Shown: positions 28,389 through 38,109, counted from the first letter of the stretch. The stretch is DNA of 52,189 bases from Candidatus Parvarchaeum sp. (GCA_049965555.1 JBMFWF010000006.1:1-52189), one strand, 5' to 3'. The notes: a model not told the origin generated them from the letters alone. Made by a program: numbers and translations.

Positions 28389-28547
28389 TCAAGTGTAATT
28401 ATCACAGGCCATTAGATTAGTAAAAATGTGCTTCGATGCGGGCTGTGATCTTTTGCTTTTACTTATAAAAGCAAATGCATATCTGCGTGTAAATTCATAA
28501 GACTTCTCTTTATCTGCTTTATTTAAGACTTTGTTTGGCGGATAATT
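28389..28547 (-). pseudogene. Decayed 5' remnant of a pilin-like gene
   Basis: Frame reads NKVLNKADKEKS...SKSKRSQPASKHIFTNLMA; 35/51 nt ungapped identity (hand count) to the SKRSQSALEYMMTYGWA codons of 15046-16440; no upstream ATG, early stop. Confidence 0.55.
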
Positions 28548-28677
28548 TAAAATAAACTTAATATACAATGTTTAAAATAAGGATAGTGGCAACCTAAGAA
28601 ATCTGATAATAAGATAAACCCTTAACACAAGATTTAAAAAGCTTTAAAAACATTAGGTTTCTTTATATTTCAATCAT

Positions 28678-29322
28678 ATGGAGAAAGAAAATGTAGAAAA
28701 AGCGCTGGCAGAAGTGTTGAAAGACATAGAGACTGGAAAGAAAAAGTTCAAGCAGTCAATAGATTTCATAATGGTGCTTAGACCTAGAAAAAACAAGTCA
28801 GAAACGCCATTGGATTCCGTCATTTCTCTTCCAAATAAGGTAAAAGAAGTAAAAACCTGTGCTTTCGTTGACAAGGACATGATAACAAAAGCCAATGGAA
28901 TTTTCTCAAAGACTATACTAAAGGATGATTTTCAGACCTTTGATAAGAAATCAATAAGGAAACTCATCAAAGAAAATGATTATTTTTTTGCAGAGGCATC
29001 AATAATGGCACAGATGGCTGCAAAATTCGGTAAACAGCTTACAGCAGCAAATAAGATGCCAAATCCAAAGACAAATACGATTATAACGCCGGATATGGAT
29101 TTAAAGGCTCAGGTTAAAAAGGTTGAAAACCTTGTTAAGATAAACACCAAAAAAAGCAATGCAATAAGCATTAAAGTAGGAGATCAAGATTCAAAAAAAG
29201 AAAGTATAATCGACAATGTTATGTCAATATATTCATTTGTAAAGTCGAATCTATTAAACGGTGATGCAAGTATAAAGCACATGTATTTGAAACCCACTAT
29301 GGGCAAGAAGGTAATTATATGA
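28678..29322 (+). CDS. rpl1: 50S ribosomal protein uL1
   Basis: KFKQSIDF, KMPNPK and YLKPTMG motifs. Confidence 0.92.
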   Translation: MEKENVEKALAEVLKDIETGKKKFKQSIDFIMVLRPRKNKSETPLDSVISLPNKVKEVKTCAFVDKDMITKANGIFSKTILKDDFQTFDKKSIRKLIKENDYFFAEASIMAQMAAKFGKQLTAANKMPNPKTNTIITPDMDLKAQVKKVENLVKINTKKSNAISIKVGDQDSKKESIIDNVMSIYSFVKSNLLNGDASIKHMYLKPTMGKKVII

Positions 29323-30164
29323 AAAAATCAAGAGGATCGCTGCAAAAGGAGAAGATGGCTGCAGAACTTAATGAAAAAATCAAAAAATACAAAACAATAG
29401 GCTTAGTAGAGATAGCAGGATACCCCTCAGAAAGCTTCGAAAGAATAAAAAAGGTCTTTAGGGGAAAAGCTGATTTCGTATACGCAAATAAAGTCGTTAT
29501 ATTCAATGCATTGAATAAAGCTGGATATAAACTTGCGGAAAAAGTAAATGAGGTAAAAATGCCGGTGCTTTTGCTTTCGAATGAAGATCCATTTGACATT
29601 GCAAGTGAAGCAATGAAAAACAGCACATTCACAAAATTAAAGGCAGGAGAAGTATCGGAAAATGAAATAATACTTCCAAGCGGGCCTACTCCTTTCCCGC
29701 CAGGTCCAATGCTTTCCCAGTTTTCATCAATAGGGGTTAAGACAAAAAATGAGGGGGGTAAAATAAGTATAATATCCGATACCACGGTCGTCAAAAAAGG
29801 GGAGAAGGTAAACGAAAAAATAGCCGGGATACTTTCAAGCATGGATATAAGGCCAAAGGAATTGGTCCTTTCTATTGCATATGCTTATGATGGCAAAACA
29901 ATCTTTAAAAAAGAATTAATGTATACAAAGAAGGAAACCTACATAAATGAAGTTTCAAAGATATTCAATGCTGCACTCCAAATATCAGTAAATTCTGGTA
30001 TAATCAACAAATACTCTATAAAACCATTGATTAAAAAGATTTATATAGGAGTAAGATTTTTATCTGTAAATAGAAATATAGTCTCAAGTTCGAATGCAAG
30101 AGACATATTGGCAAAGGCTATTAACGAAGCCAATGCATTAAATAAAGTAATGGGAGGCAAATAA
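29319..30164 (+). CDS. rpl10: 50S ribosomal protein uL10 (P0)
   Basis: KAGEVS-GPTPFPPGP and TTVVKKGEKV motifs; L1-L10-L12 order. Confidence 0.93.
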   Translation: MKKSRGSLQKEKMAAELNEKIKKYKTIGLVEIAGYPSESFERIKKVFRGKADFVYANKVVIFNALNKAGYKLAEKVNEVKMPVLLLSNEDPFDIASEAMKNSTFTKLKAGEVSENEIILPSGPTPFPPGPMLSQFSSIGVKTKNEGGKISIISDTTVVKKGEKVNEKIAGILSSMDIRPKELVLSIAYAYDGKTIFKKELMYTKKETYINEVSKIFNAALQISVNSGIINKYSIKPLIKKIYIGVRFLSVNRNIVSSSNARDILAKAINEANALNKVMGGK

Positions 30165-30166
30165 AT

Positions 30167-30466
30167 ATGGAGTATGTATACGCTGCAATGTTATTGAATA
30201 GCTTAGGTAAAGAGATTACTGAGGAGTCACTTAAAAATGTGATTGCCTCGACAGGTGTACAGCCTGATGATGCTCAAATAAAAGTAGTAGTTTCTGCATT
30301 AAAAGGTGTAGACATAAACAAAATAATAGAAGAAGCACAGAATGTGCAAGTAGCTCCGGCTCCGGCTGCACAACCGAGCAAAGAAGCAAAGAAAGAAGAG
30401 CCACATAAGGATGAGGCAAAGAGTGCAGAAGAAGCAGCAGCCGGATTAAGTAGTCTTTTCGGCTGA
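30167..30466 (+). CDS. rpl12: 50S ribosomal protein P1/L12
   Basis: MEYVYAAMLL start and AAAGLSSLFG end. Confidence 0.96.
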   Translation: MEYVYAAMLLNSLGKEITEESLKNVIASTGVQPDDAQIKVVVSALKGVDINKIIEEAQNVQVAPAPAAQPSKEAKKEEPHKDEAKSAEEAAAGLSSLFG

Positions 30467-30525
30467 AAAGGCTGTCTGCATAAGAGAGATAGAAAGATAA
30501 ATAGTCTAAATTACTAGATAAACGT

Positions 30526-31302
30526 ATGGTAGTATTAGTTACCAATGATGACGGCTACAAGACAGAGGGATTGCGCACTTTATATAGGGCAGCCAAAAAA
30601 GTCTTTGGTAAAGAAGTAATGGTTGTTTCTCCTGACAAACTACAAAGCTCTAGCGGGATGAGCTTTACCTTTCACAAGCCTTTGCGAGTGGAAAAAATAA
30701 ACTACAACGGAATGCCTTGTTATACTGTTTCTGGAACGCCTGCTGATTGTGTTTTTATGTCAATTTACCATCTTTTCAAACGAAAGGTTTCAATGGTGCT
30801 GTCAGGCATAAATGAAGGAATGAATGCGGGATTGGAAACCGTATATTCATCTGGTACTATTTCTGCGGCAATGTTTGCTGCTATTTCGGAAATACCCAGC
30901 ATAGCATTCTCAAAGAATCTTTCTACGAACATGGACCAAAATGAAATTGACAAAAGCATGAAAGATTCATATGAAAATGTAGTTAAGATACTCAAAAGCA
31001 TAAAGACAAAGGGATTCCCAAAAAAAATTGACATGATAAATATAAACCTACCCCTAAAAATAAACAAAAAGACAGAGATAAAGATAGTCAAAACAGACAA
31101 AAGGGTTTTCGACGATGTTGTTATAAAGAACAAAGACCCAAATGGGAGGGATTATTACTGGCTTTATGGAACGCTTAGAAAAGATTTGGACAAAAATGCG
31201 GACTTATACAACTTATTTGATGGAAAAATAACTGTCACCCCCATAAAGCTTTCTACCGTAGAAGAAACCCATCTTAAAACTTTGAGTAATATATTTACAT
31301 GA
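30526..31302 (+). CDS. surE: 5'/3'-nucleotidase SurE
   Basis: LVTNDDG, GTPADCV, SGINEG-N and YSSGT motifs. Confidence 0.95.
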   Translation: MVVLVTNDDGYKTEGLRTLYRAAKKVFGKEVMVVSPDKLQSSSGMSFTFHKPLRVEKINYNGMPCYTVSGTPADCVFMSIYHLFKRKVSMVLSGINEGMNAGLETVYSSGTISAAMFAAISEIPSIAFSKNLSTNMDQNEIDKSMKDSYENVVKILKSIKTKGFPKKIDMININLPLKINKKTEIKIVKTDKRVFDDVVIKNKDPNGRDYYWLYGTLRKDLDKNADLYNLFDGKITVTPIKLSTVEETHLKTLSNIFT

Positions 31303-31337
31303 ATATAGTTTATTATTCTTGAGTGTTCTAAGAAGAT

Positions 31338-32477
31338 ATGGATAGAAAAAGGAAAGCTTTGCTCTTAGCTGGAACAATTGTAGTTATAATTCTTGTGTAC
31401 TTTCTTTTTTTCTACAACAGCGCAAAAGCAAATTCTATAAATGATAAGCAGACTTCTGTTAACATTTTTTACAGCAGCTGCAGCTCATGCAGCAATGGTG
31501 CTCTAAACATCATATATAACCTATTCAAATCGGACAAATCAGCACTAAAAACAGAAAACCTCTCATTTAACAGTTCAAAAGGAGTTTCAATGGTATCAAA
31601 TTATTCGATTACTGCCCTGCCCACAATGATACTAAATGAAACAAACAGTTCAGAAAACGTACTCGACAGCTTAGTTTACTTAAATGTAGTTAATACAGAG
31701 GGAAACAAATTTGTACTTAACACTCCTTTCTTGGCAGGTCTTACAAAAGGAATAACTTACTTTGATCTAATTCAAGGAAGAGTCATAACAGCCTTTGACA
31801 TATTTAACCAATCAGAGATATACAACAACACAAATAAAAGCGTTATTAATCCATCGCAGATTCTTTATTTGTTCAATGCAACTAAGTATGCCTTAAAGAA
31901 CAAAACACTGATAAGCTTCGTTTACAGCAATTCAAGCTTCAGCGCGGTGCAGAGTATGATACTATACAAAGCACTCAGTGCATTCGGAAACTTCAGTAAT
32001 CTAAATTTCACGACTTCTCCTTTAGTTTCATTTTCAACTGGAGAAACGCTCGGTAACACCCAGTTCTATGAAATAAACGGCAGCGAGTATCAAAGCCCAT
32101 ATTTTATCATAGAATCTTCAACGCTGCAAAATCTTGGTTCTAGCAAATATGTAGATACACTTGAAAAAGAGCTGTTTGAATTTGACCAGAATTCTGCCTA
32201 CCCTTTTTTCAGCAATCTCGGCAACTTCATGCCATTTATTGATATAGGCGGCAGATATGTGGAGGTGTCATCTATGATAAACCCCCGGGTTTTTGAAAAT
32301 GATAATATAAATAAAATAGAACAGCTTATAAAAACAAATCAAACTGTGGGAAGAGCATTTAATGACAGTGTTTATTTCATGCAGACTCTGCTATGCAGCT
32401 ACATAAATTACAGCAAAAGCCCTTGTAATTCAATACAAATAAAGGATGACCTAAAACAAATAAATTTACTTACTTAA
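31338..32477 (+). CDS. Membrane-anchored exported protein, thioredoxin-like/DUF929-like
   Basis: N-terminal TM, CSSC, ALSAFGNFSNL and PFIDIGGRY, C-terminal Cys pair. Confidence 0.6.
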   Translation: MDRKRKALLLAGTIVVIILVYFLFFYNSAKANSINDKQTSVNIFYSSCSSCSNGALNIIYNLFKSDKSALKTENLSFNSSKGVSMVSNYSITALPTMILNETNSSENVLDSLVYLNVVNTEGNKFVLNTPFLAGLTKGITYFDLIQGRVITAFDIFNQSEIYNNTNKSVINPSQILYLFNATKYALKNKTLISFVYSNSSFSAVQSMILYKALSAFGNFSNLNFTTSPLVSFSTGETLGNTQFYEINGSEYQSPYFIIESSTLQNLGSSKYVDTLEKELFEFDQNSAYPFFSNLGNFMPFIDIGGRYVEVSSMINPRVFENDNINKIEQLIKTNQTVGRAFNDSVYFMQTLLCSYINYSKSPCNSIQIKDDLKQINLLT

Positions 32478-33146
32478 TCCTGCAACTAAGTCATCTATAA
32501 CGGATTTATAGTCATCAGTTTTAAGTATGCCTGATGCAACAAGAAGGCCATCGCTTCCAAGTTCCACACTTTTTTCTGCGTCTTCTTTCCCTTTAATGCC
32601 TGCACCTATCAATGCAAGAGACTTTGAATTTTCCTTTATCAAATTACAGAATTCCTTCACTACATCCGGTTTTGAATTTGAAACGGATACGTTACCACCT
32701 ATCAGTTCTGGAGGCTCGTATGCTATTCCCGTCGGGTTCATCTTTAATACTTCCTTCGCTTCTTCTAGATTCTGGACACATACATAGGTTTCCATGCCTG
32801 CATTAGTGAACTTGTCAACTGCCATCTTCAGAGCATTATAATCAATTTGCCCATCTTTTGAATGAGTATATCTCTTTTCAGAATGATTTAAAAGTGTGCC
32901 TGCTGCGCCTGCTTGTTTCAATTCAAACCAAGTTACATGAGCAGTAAAAGCTCCAGGATCGACCTCGTCTGCCCCTTGTGCTATAGTCTTTGCTATCTTT
33001 GCTATATCTCTCAAGATTGTAAAGGGAGGTGCAACTATAATGCTTACACCGGAAGTTTTTGATAGCTCACTAGAATATTTTGCTATGTCCTGGCCGCGAG
33101 TGAATGCCTCTTTGTATGCCTTATAATTTATTATTAGAGTTTTCAT
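32466..33146 (-). CDS. tpiA: Triosephosphate isomerase (archaeal type); start may be up to 9 nt earlier
   Basis: INYKAY, GAFT, LNHSE, AYEPPELIG and GAGI motifs. Confidence 0.95.
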   Translation of the reverse strand: MKTLIINYKAYKEAFTRGQDIAKYSSELSKTSGVSIIVAPPFTILRDIAKIAKTIAQGADEVDPGAFTAHVTWFELKQAGAAGTLLNHSEKRYTHSKDGQIDYNALKMAVDKFTNAGMETYVCVQNLEEAKEVLKMNPTGIAYEPPELIGGNVSVSNSKPDVVKEFCNLIKENSKSLALIGAGIKGKEDAEKSVELGSDGLLVASGILKTDDYKSVIDDLVAGLSK

Positions 33147-33966
33147 ATTCATCAATAAAATAACAACCTTTTACTACATAAAACTTTCCTTTACTTATTT
33201 TTACTGTTATTTTTTTCCTTATTTTTCTGTCATTTATTATTTTGTATACACTATCTTTCATAAATTTCCATGAATTTGCAAAACTTCCCCCCACTATTAT
33301 TATTTCTGGATCCAATATCAACATCATAGAAGAAAGGTACAAGCCAAATTTTCTTCCGATTTCACTAAATGCTTTCAGGGCCCTTTTATCTCCTTTTTCT
33401 GCAAGCTTGTGCAAGCTGAAACCGTCCATACCATAAATCTTTTTTATGCTTTTTCCTCCTATCTCGCTTTCTATGTCCTCTCCGGTATCATAATCATAAA
33501 CTAGATGACCCGATTCGGTGGCAAATCCTCCTCCTTTGTATATCCTGCCAGAGTATATTATTGAGCTTCCTATCCCAGTTCCCCATACTACAACAAAACC
33601 GCTTTTATATTTTTTCAAGCTGCCGACATATAATTGGTATATACCAAAACAGTTTCCGTCATTTTCTACTGTTACTTTACTTGAAAATCCCTTCATGAAA
33701 TCAATAAAATTTAAACCTAAAATAGGTAGATTTGGTGAGAATATTACCTTACCAAAATCATCAATCCTGCCAGCTATTGAAACATTGATTATGCCATTGG
33801 AGAATTTCAAGTAATTCTGTACATTATCATTTAATGCTTTTAGAAACTGATCTCTTGACTTAGGAGTATCTATCCTTTTGCTTTTGATTATATGCCTCCG
33901 ATTATCAATTATCGCAAATATAATTTTTGTGCCACCTATATCTATACATAACTTGCCTTTTGCCAT
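33121..33966 (-). CDS. ROK family sugar kinase (probable glucokinase)
   Basis: IDIGGTK, ENDGN, GTGIG and ESGH motifs. Confidence 0.9.
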   Translation of the reverse strand: MAKGKLCIDIGGTKIIFAIIDNRRHIIKSKRIDTPKSRDQFLKALNDNVQNYLKFSNGIINVSIAGRIDDFGKVIFSPNLPILGLNFIDFMKGFSSKVTVENDGNCFGIYQLYVGSLKKYKSGFVVVWGTGIGSSIIYSGRIYKGGGFATESGHLVYDYDTGEDIESEIGGKSIKKIYGMDGFSLHKLAEKGDKRALKAFSEIGRKFGLYLSSMMLILDPEIIIVGGSFANSWKFMKDSVYKIINDRKIRKKITVKISKGKFYVVKGCYFIDEYENSNNKL

Positions 33967-34712
33967 TAATCTTTCAATATGTTTTTTATTTCCTTTATTC
34001 TTTCTACAGGATTATCACTTTGCCATATATTTCTACCTATCGCTATTCCACTGAATCCTGCGCCAATTGCTTTCTTGACATGCTGCTCTATGTTCTCTGT
34101 ATCTAATTTCTTGCCGCCTGCTAGGAAAACTTTTGTTTTATCAGCAGATTTCACTACCCAATCCAATTTTGAGTCATCATCTGGATACTTCAATTTGACA
34201 ATGTCTGCCCCCATTTCAAAGGCCGCTCTTGCGGCATAAGAAACTATTTCTGGAGATTCATCATCCTGTATGTTTTTACCTCTGGGATATGACCACATTA
34301 TAACTGGTAGACCAATTGCATGTGCTTCTTCTTCTATTTTACCAAATTCTCTTACCATATATTTTTCATATTTGCTTCCCCAGTATACTGTATAACCAAC
34401 TGCAGCAGCTCCCAATTTGACCGCTTCGGAAACACTAGTATTCTGTGTTGAAAATGGCTCTCCTCCATACAATCTTGTTTTGCCGTTTAATTTAAGAATA
34501 AGTGGTATGTTTATTTCCTTTTTATTATAGTAATGCATTGCACTTCCCTTTAAAAGTATCAATGCATCCACCTCTGCCTTCTTTGCTAGGTCTATTATGT
34601 ACTTAGGAGAAACATTAAGCTCATTAAAATCAGTTGGCCCATGTTCAAGCCCATGGTCATAAGCCAGAAATACTCCCCTTAATGGAAACTTTTCCATACT
34701 ACCTATAAACAT
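33966..34712 (-). CDS. fba: Class I fructose-bisphosphate aldolase (DhnA/archaeal type)
   Basis: AYDHGLEHGP, WSYPRG, GADIVK Schiff-base Lys and GRNIWQ motifs. Confidence 0.93.
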   Translation of the reverse strand: MFIGSMEKFPLRGVFLAYDHGLEHGPTDFNELNVSPKYIIDLAKKAEVDALILLKGSAMHYYNKKEINIPLILKLNGKTRLYGGEPFSTQNTSVSEAVKLGAAAVGYTVYWGSKYEKYMVREFGKIEEEAHAIGLPVIMWSYPRGKNIQDDESPEIVSYAARAAFEMGADIVKLKYPDDDSKLDWVVKSADKTKVFLAGGKKLDTENIEQHVKKAIGAGFSGIAIGRNIWQSDNPVERIKEIKNILKD

Positions 34713-34719
34713 TTAGTTA

Positions 34720-35709
34720 TTATATAGTTATCTTGCTTTTTGCTATCCTTAATTTCATATTTTCTGGAGGATATCTGCCTGTTATCCCTTCTTTGGCTCC
34801 GTATTTCTGTATAACGTTGCTTGCGTTAAAACTCCCTGCGGATATTGCTTGCTCTATGCTCTTACCATCGTCTATAGCATTAACAAAAGCAGATAAAAAC
34901 GCATCTCCTGCACCGACAAAATTTATCTGTTTTGCTTTGAAAGTATTGGCTATGTAAAGGTTTTCTTTGGATGAAACAAGCGATCCTTTATCCCCTTTTG
35001 TTATTATGGCCATTTCATTTACATATTCGGATAGTTTTGAGAGATTGTTTACATCGTTTGCATACCCTACAAAAGTTTTAGCTTCATCGTCATTCATACT
35101 TATTATGTCTACATACTTTAACAGCGGAGCCATCTTCTTTAACTTTAAATTTAACTCAACAGAACCGGGATTAAGAACTGTTTTCATGCCATTTTCTTTT
35201 GCAAACTTCAAAACATTTAAAAGAAGTTCGGTATTTTTACTTGGCAGCGGGCCGATGTAGAGCCACTTTGACTTAAAATCAAGGCGTATGTCATCCAGTG
35301 ACAATGTGCTTTCTATGCCACGATGTATCAAAAGGATCATATCTCCGCTTGAGGATACAACTATGTTTGAAAATGGTGTTTCTCCATTGGATACCTTTAT
35401 AAATTCTGTGCTTATCTTCCGCTTATTTAAATCATTCATTACGAATTGGCCATATTCATCATTACCAATCTTTGCTATAACTGCCGATTTTTTACCAAAA
35501 GCAGAAAAAGTTGCTGCTGCGTTAGTAGCGCTTCCGCCGCTGAATTCAAGAACTTTATTTACATCTATCTTCTTATCAGTGGGTATCTCAAGAAAATGCT
35601 TGTTCACACCCGGTTTAAGTAATGCTTTGTCTAAAAATAAAAAGGTATCTTTCGTTGCAGAACCTAAAGTAACAAAATCGAACATATTTATATTGTTGTT
35701 TTCAAGCAA
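34720..35709 (-). CDS. PfkB family carbohydrate kinase (candidate phosphofructokinase); start may be ATG 35685
   Basis: GGSATNAA, IGNDEYG, NDDEA, TKGDKG and GAGDAF motifs. Confidence 0.9.
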   Translation of the reverse strand: MLENNNINMFDFVTLGSATKDTFLFLDKALLKPGVNKHFLEIPTDKKIDVNKVLEFSGGSATNAAATFSAFGKKSAVIAKIGNDEYGQFVMNDLNKRKISTEFIKVSNGETPFSNIVVSSSGDMILLIHRGIESTLSLDDIRLDFKSKWLYIGPLPSKNTELLLNVLKFAKENGMKTVLNPGSVELNLKLKKMAPLLKYVDIISMNDDEAKTFVGYANDVNNLSKLSEYVNEMAIITKGDKGSLVSSKENLYIANTFKAKQINFVGAGDAFLSAFVNAIDDGKSIEQAISAGSFNASNVIQKYGAKEGITGRYPPENMKLRIAKSKITI

Positions 35710-35732
35710 TAAAAATATTTGCCGTAGACAGT

Positions 35733-36041
35733 TTACTGTGGTTTTTTGTCCTTATCTTGCATGCTTTGAAGCCTATTAGTCAGTTCATCTATGGACTTAG
35801 AAGAAGCTTTCAGCCTAAAATCTATTATCTCTGATTTTTCCTTAAGGTCTTTTAATATCTCATTTTTATCTTTCTTAATGAGTATCTGTCCTGACAATTG
35901 GAACAGTTCGGATCCTTCCTGTGTTTTTTCGACCTCTTCTATAGTACGTTTTAATTCATTATATTGAAGCTGCAAAGTCTGTTTCTGTGTCGTTTCGACC
36001 TGCAAACGTTGCCTAAGCTCCTCAAACTCCTCTTCATTCAT
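35733..36041 (-). CDS. pfdB: Prefoldin beta subunit
   Basis: Coiled-coil halves around a FQLSGQILIK hairpin; conserved rpl37ae-rpoP-pcc1-pfdB order. Confidence 0.85.
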   Translation of the reverse strand: MNEEEFEELRQRLQVETTQKQTLQLQYNELKRTIEEVEKTQEGSELFQLSGQILIKKDKNEILKDLKEKSEIIDFRLKASSKSIDELTNRLQSMQDKDKKPQ

Positions 36042-36282
36042 ATTGATTTATGCTCTCCAGCATTTTTATTGACTGCATAACACTATTATTTACTCCAATA
36101 AGCATATTTATGTCATTTGCATTTATTGTTATTTGCAATTCATTTGCTTTTAACCTTACTTGTGTCCTCACCCTTGTATCATTCGCAACATTATATAACA
36201 GCGCATGAAAAAGATTGGACATTAGAGTTTTATCAAGCTTTAATCCTATATTCACAGTGAAAGGATTACCTTGCTTTGACAT
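36034..36282 (-). CDS. pcc1: KEOPS complex subunit Pcc1-like
   Basis: Size, RT-ITINAND-NS pattern and gene context. Confidence 0.7.
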   Translation of the reverse strand: MSKQGNPFTVNIGLKLDKTLMSNLFHALLYNVANDTRVRTQVRLKANELQITINANDINMLIGVNNSVMQSIKMLESINQYE

Positions 36283-36406
36283 GGTGCCCTCCTTCGGGCT
36301 TTTTCTTTATTAAAACCCTGCCACCGCAATAAGGACATCTAACTATATCTCCCACTTCAGAGGAGTCTACAGTAGCTCCGCAATCAAAACATTTGTATTT
36401 TGACAT
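36266..36406 (-). CDS. rpo12: RNA polymerase subunit Rpo12 (RpoP)
   Basis: Manual translation MSKYKCFDCGATVDSSEVGDIVRCPYCGGRVLIKKKPEGGHHVKAR; Zn ribbon; below the ORF-track cutoff. Confidence 0.93.
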   Translation of the reverse strand: MSKYKCFDCGATVDSSEVGDIVRCPYCGGRVLIKKKPEGGHHVKAR

Positions 36407-36407
36407 T

Positions 36408-36602
36408 TTATATCACCTTTGAACTTAAGTTATAAGCGTTGTCTGCAATCACTAATCCGCAGTGTTTGCACTTCCATATACCCGAAGCTTGACGCCTTAT
36501 CGAAAGCTTTTTACACCTAGGACAAGCATATTTTTGGGCTCTCTGTTGCTTTATTGCATCAATCCTTTTCCTTACGCCTACACCGTATTTGGCAGTTCTC
36601 AT
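36408..36602 (-). CDS. rpl37ae: 50S ribosomal protein eL43 (L37Ae)
   Basis: KYG-RK, CPRC and GIWKCKHC motifs. Confidence 0.92.
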   Translation of the reverse strand: MRTAKYGVGVRKRIDAIKQQRAQKYACPRCKKLSIRRQASGIWKCKHCGLVIADNAYNLSSKVI

Positions 36603-36680
36603 ATCTCATCATTTATTACTTTTTTATATTTAAAGCTTAGTTTATTATATTATAGGTGTAAAAAGCATAAAATAAGGAGT

Positions 36681-37655
36681 ATGGAAGGAAATAAATTTAG
36701 ATATGCTATTTTGTTGCTTGCAATAGTTATGGTTTTAATTATGGTAGGAAAGGCCAACGCACAGCCATACTCACAAGTAAATATATTTGACAACGTCACA
36801 CAGTCGTCAAATTTTTATTCATATTCAATGGTGCAGTACACATTAACATTATACAATACATCCTCTTCGGAATTTAACATAAGTCTGCCTTCAAATATAG
36901 AGAATTTAAGTGTTTTAAATGGGCTAAAATTCAAGGTTTACCCCAATACAGACTGCCACACCTTTTCAGTTTCAAGCAGCTGTATACTGGTTCAGATATA
37001 CAACATAAAGCAAGGAATCCCGATAAACTTGCGTTATGATTACTATCAAAATTACAGCAATGCAAATGGCACATTTAATTCGACGATATTCTTTCTTCCC
37101 TCAAGTTTTACAAAATCATTGAGTATAAAAATGCTACTACCAAGAAATGCTTACATACCAAGCAATGCATATGAAGTACCGAGCTCAACGATAACACCTG
37201 TTGGTGACCATTTTGAAGTGTCGTGGGACCTAATAGATCAAAGCTATCCAAATATAAGTGGGTATTACATAGACCTGCCTTTTACAATTGAATATAATTT
37301 AAAATTCATAAATAAAACGCCATTAAATCAAAATTATTACCTTTATATAATTATAGCAATCATAGTTTTTGCTGGTATAGCAAGTGGGTATATTTACAAG
37401 ACTAAATACAAAAAAATTACCTTGAAGAAAACAAAGAAAAAAACAAATAAAAATTTTGTTCTAGGTTTATTGAAACCTGATGAAAAGGCTGTTTTATCGG
37501 CCATTGACAAAAAGGGTTTTACATATCAAGCAGACATAATAAAGAAGACCGGTTTCTCAAAGATAAAAGTTAGTAAAATACTTACAAAATTAACAAATTA
37601 TAAGCTTTTAAAAATAAAACAGGAAGGAAGAGTAAATAAAGTAAAGAGGCTGTAA
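36681..37655 (+). CDS. Single-pass membrane protein with extracellular domain and C-terminal wHTH
   Basis: Signal peptide from ATG 36681, glycosylated ectodomain, TM, then LKPDEKAV-QADIIKKTGFSKIKVSKIL-GRVNKV wHTH. Confidence 0.8.
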   Translation: MEGNKFRYAILLLAIVMVLIMVGKANAQPYSQVNIFDNVTQSSNFYSYSMVQYTLTLYNTSSSEFNISLPSNIENLSVLNGLKFKVYPNTDCHTFSVSSSCILVQIYNIKQGIPINLRYDYYQNYSNANGTFNSTIFFLPSSFTKSLSIKMLLPRNAYIPSNAYEVPSSTITPVGDHFEVSWDLIDQSYPNISGYYIDLPFTIEYNLKFINKTPLNQNYYLYIIIAIIVFAGIASGYIYKTKYKKITLKKTKKKTNKNFVLGLLKPDEKAVLSAIDKKGFTYQADIIKKTGFSKIKVSKILTKLTNYKLLKIKQEGRVNKVKRL

Positions 37656-37657
37656 GC

Positions 37658-37990
37658 ATGTTTAACAAAATGAAGGGCTATAGGGCAGAAAGAAATGTAA
37701 AGCTAAATTTCTTAAAAAGAGGCTGGAAAGTCGTAAGGGCCGGCGGAAGTTTAGGAGAGTATGATATAATCGCATTTAAAAATGGGATATGTATTTTTCT
37801 GCAAATTAAATCAACGAACAAACGCAAATTTTACTATTATGGCTATATGGAGGACAAATATGCCGGCTTTCCATTTAGACTTGTTGTGCATTTCAGCAGA
37901 GGAAGAACCATTATACTCCCTCCAAAAAAGATAATATCTGAAGATGAGGGCGAAGACATAGATACTTTTATAGAAAAATTGGAAAGTTAA
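37658..37990 (+). CDS. hjc: Archaeal Holliday junction resolvase Hjc-like
   Basis: KGYRAER, GWKVVRAGGS, DIIA and QIKST (PD-(D/E)xK). Confidence 0.8.
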   Translation: MFNKMKGYRAERNVKLNFLKRGWKVVRAGGSLGEYDIIAFKNGICIFLQIKSTNKRKFYYYGYMEDKYAGFPFRLVVHFSRGRTIILPPKKIISEDEGEDIDTFIEKLES

Positions 37991-38060
37991 CTGTTTCCAA
38001 CAGTTTCCAGCAAATACTTTAATATAAAAAAAATTAAGATGAGGTATGAGTTTTTTTATT

Positions 38061-38102
38061 AAAAGGCAGTTTTTGCATACTCGGACTCAAAAACTGCTTT
38101 TT
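38061..38102. terminator. Hairpin between convergent hjc and secG, probable bidirectional terminator
   Basis: GCAGTTTTTG (38066-38075) and CAAAAACTGC (38088-38097) form a perfect 10-bp stem flanked by A and T tracts. Confidence 0.55.
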
Positions 38103-38109
38103 TATTTTT

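Noticed and set aside
36462-36680. N-terminal extension of the 397-aa ORF in the track
   Set aside because: It is antisense to rpl37ae; the signal peptide begins at ATG 36681.
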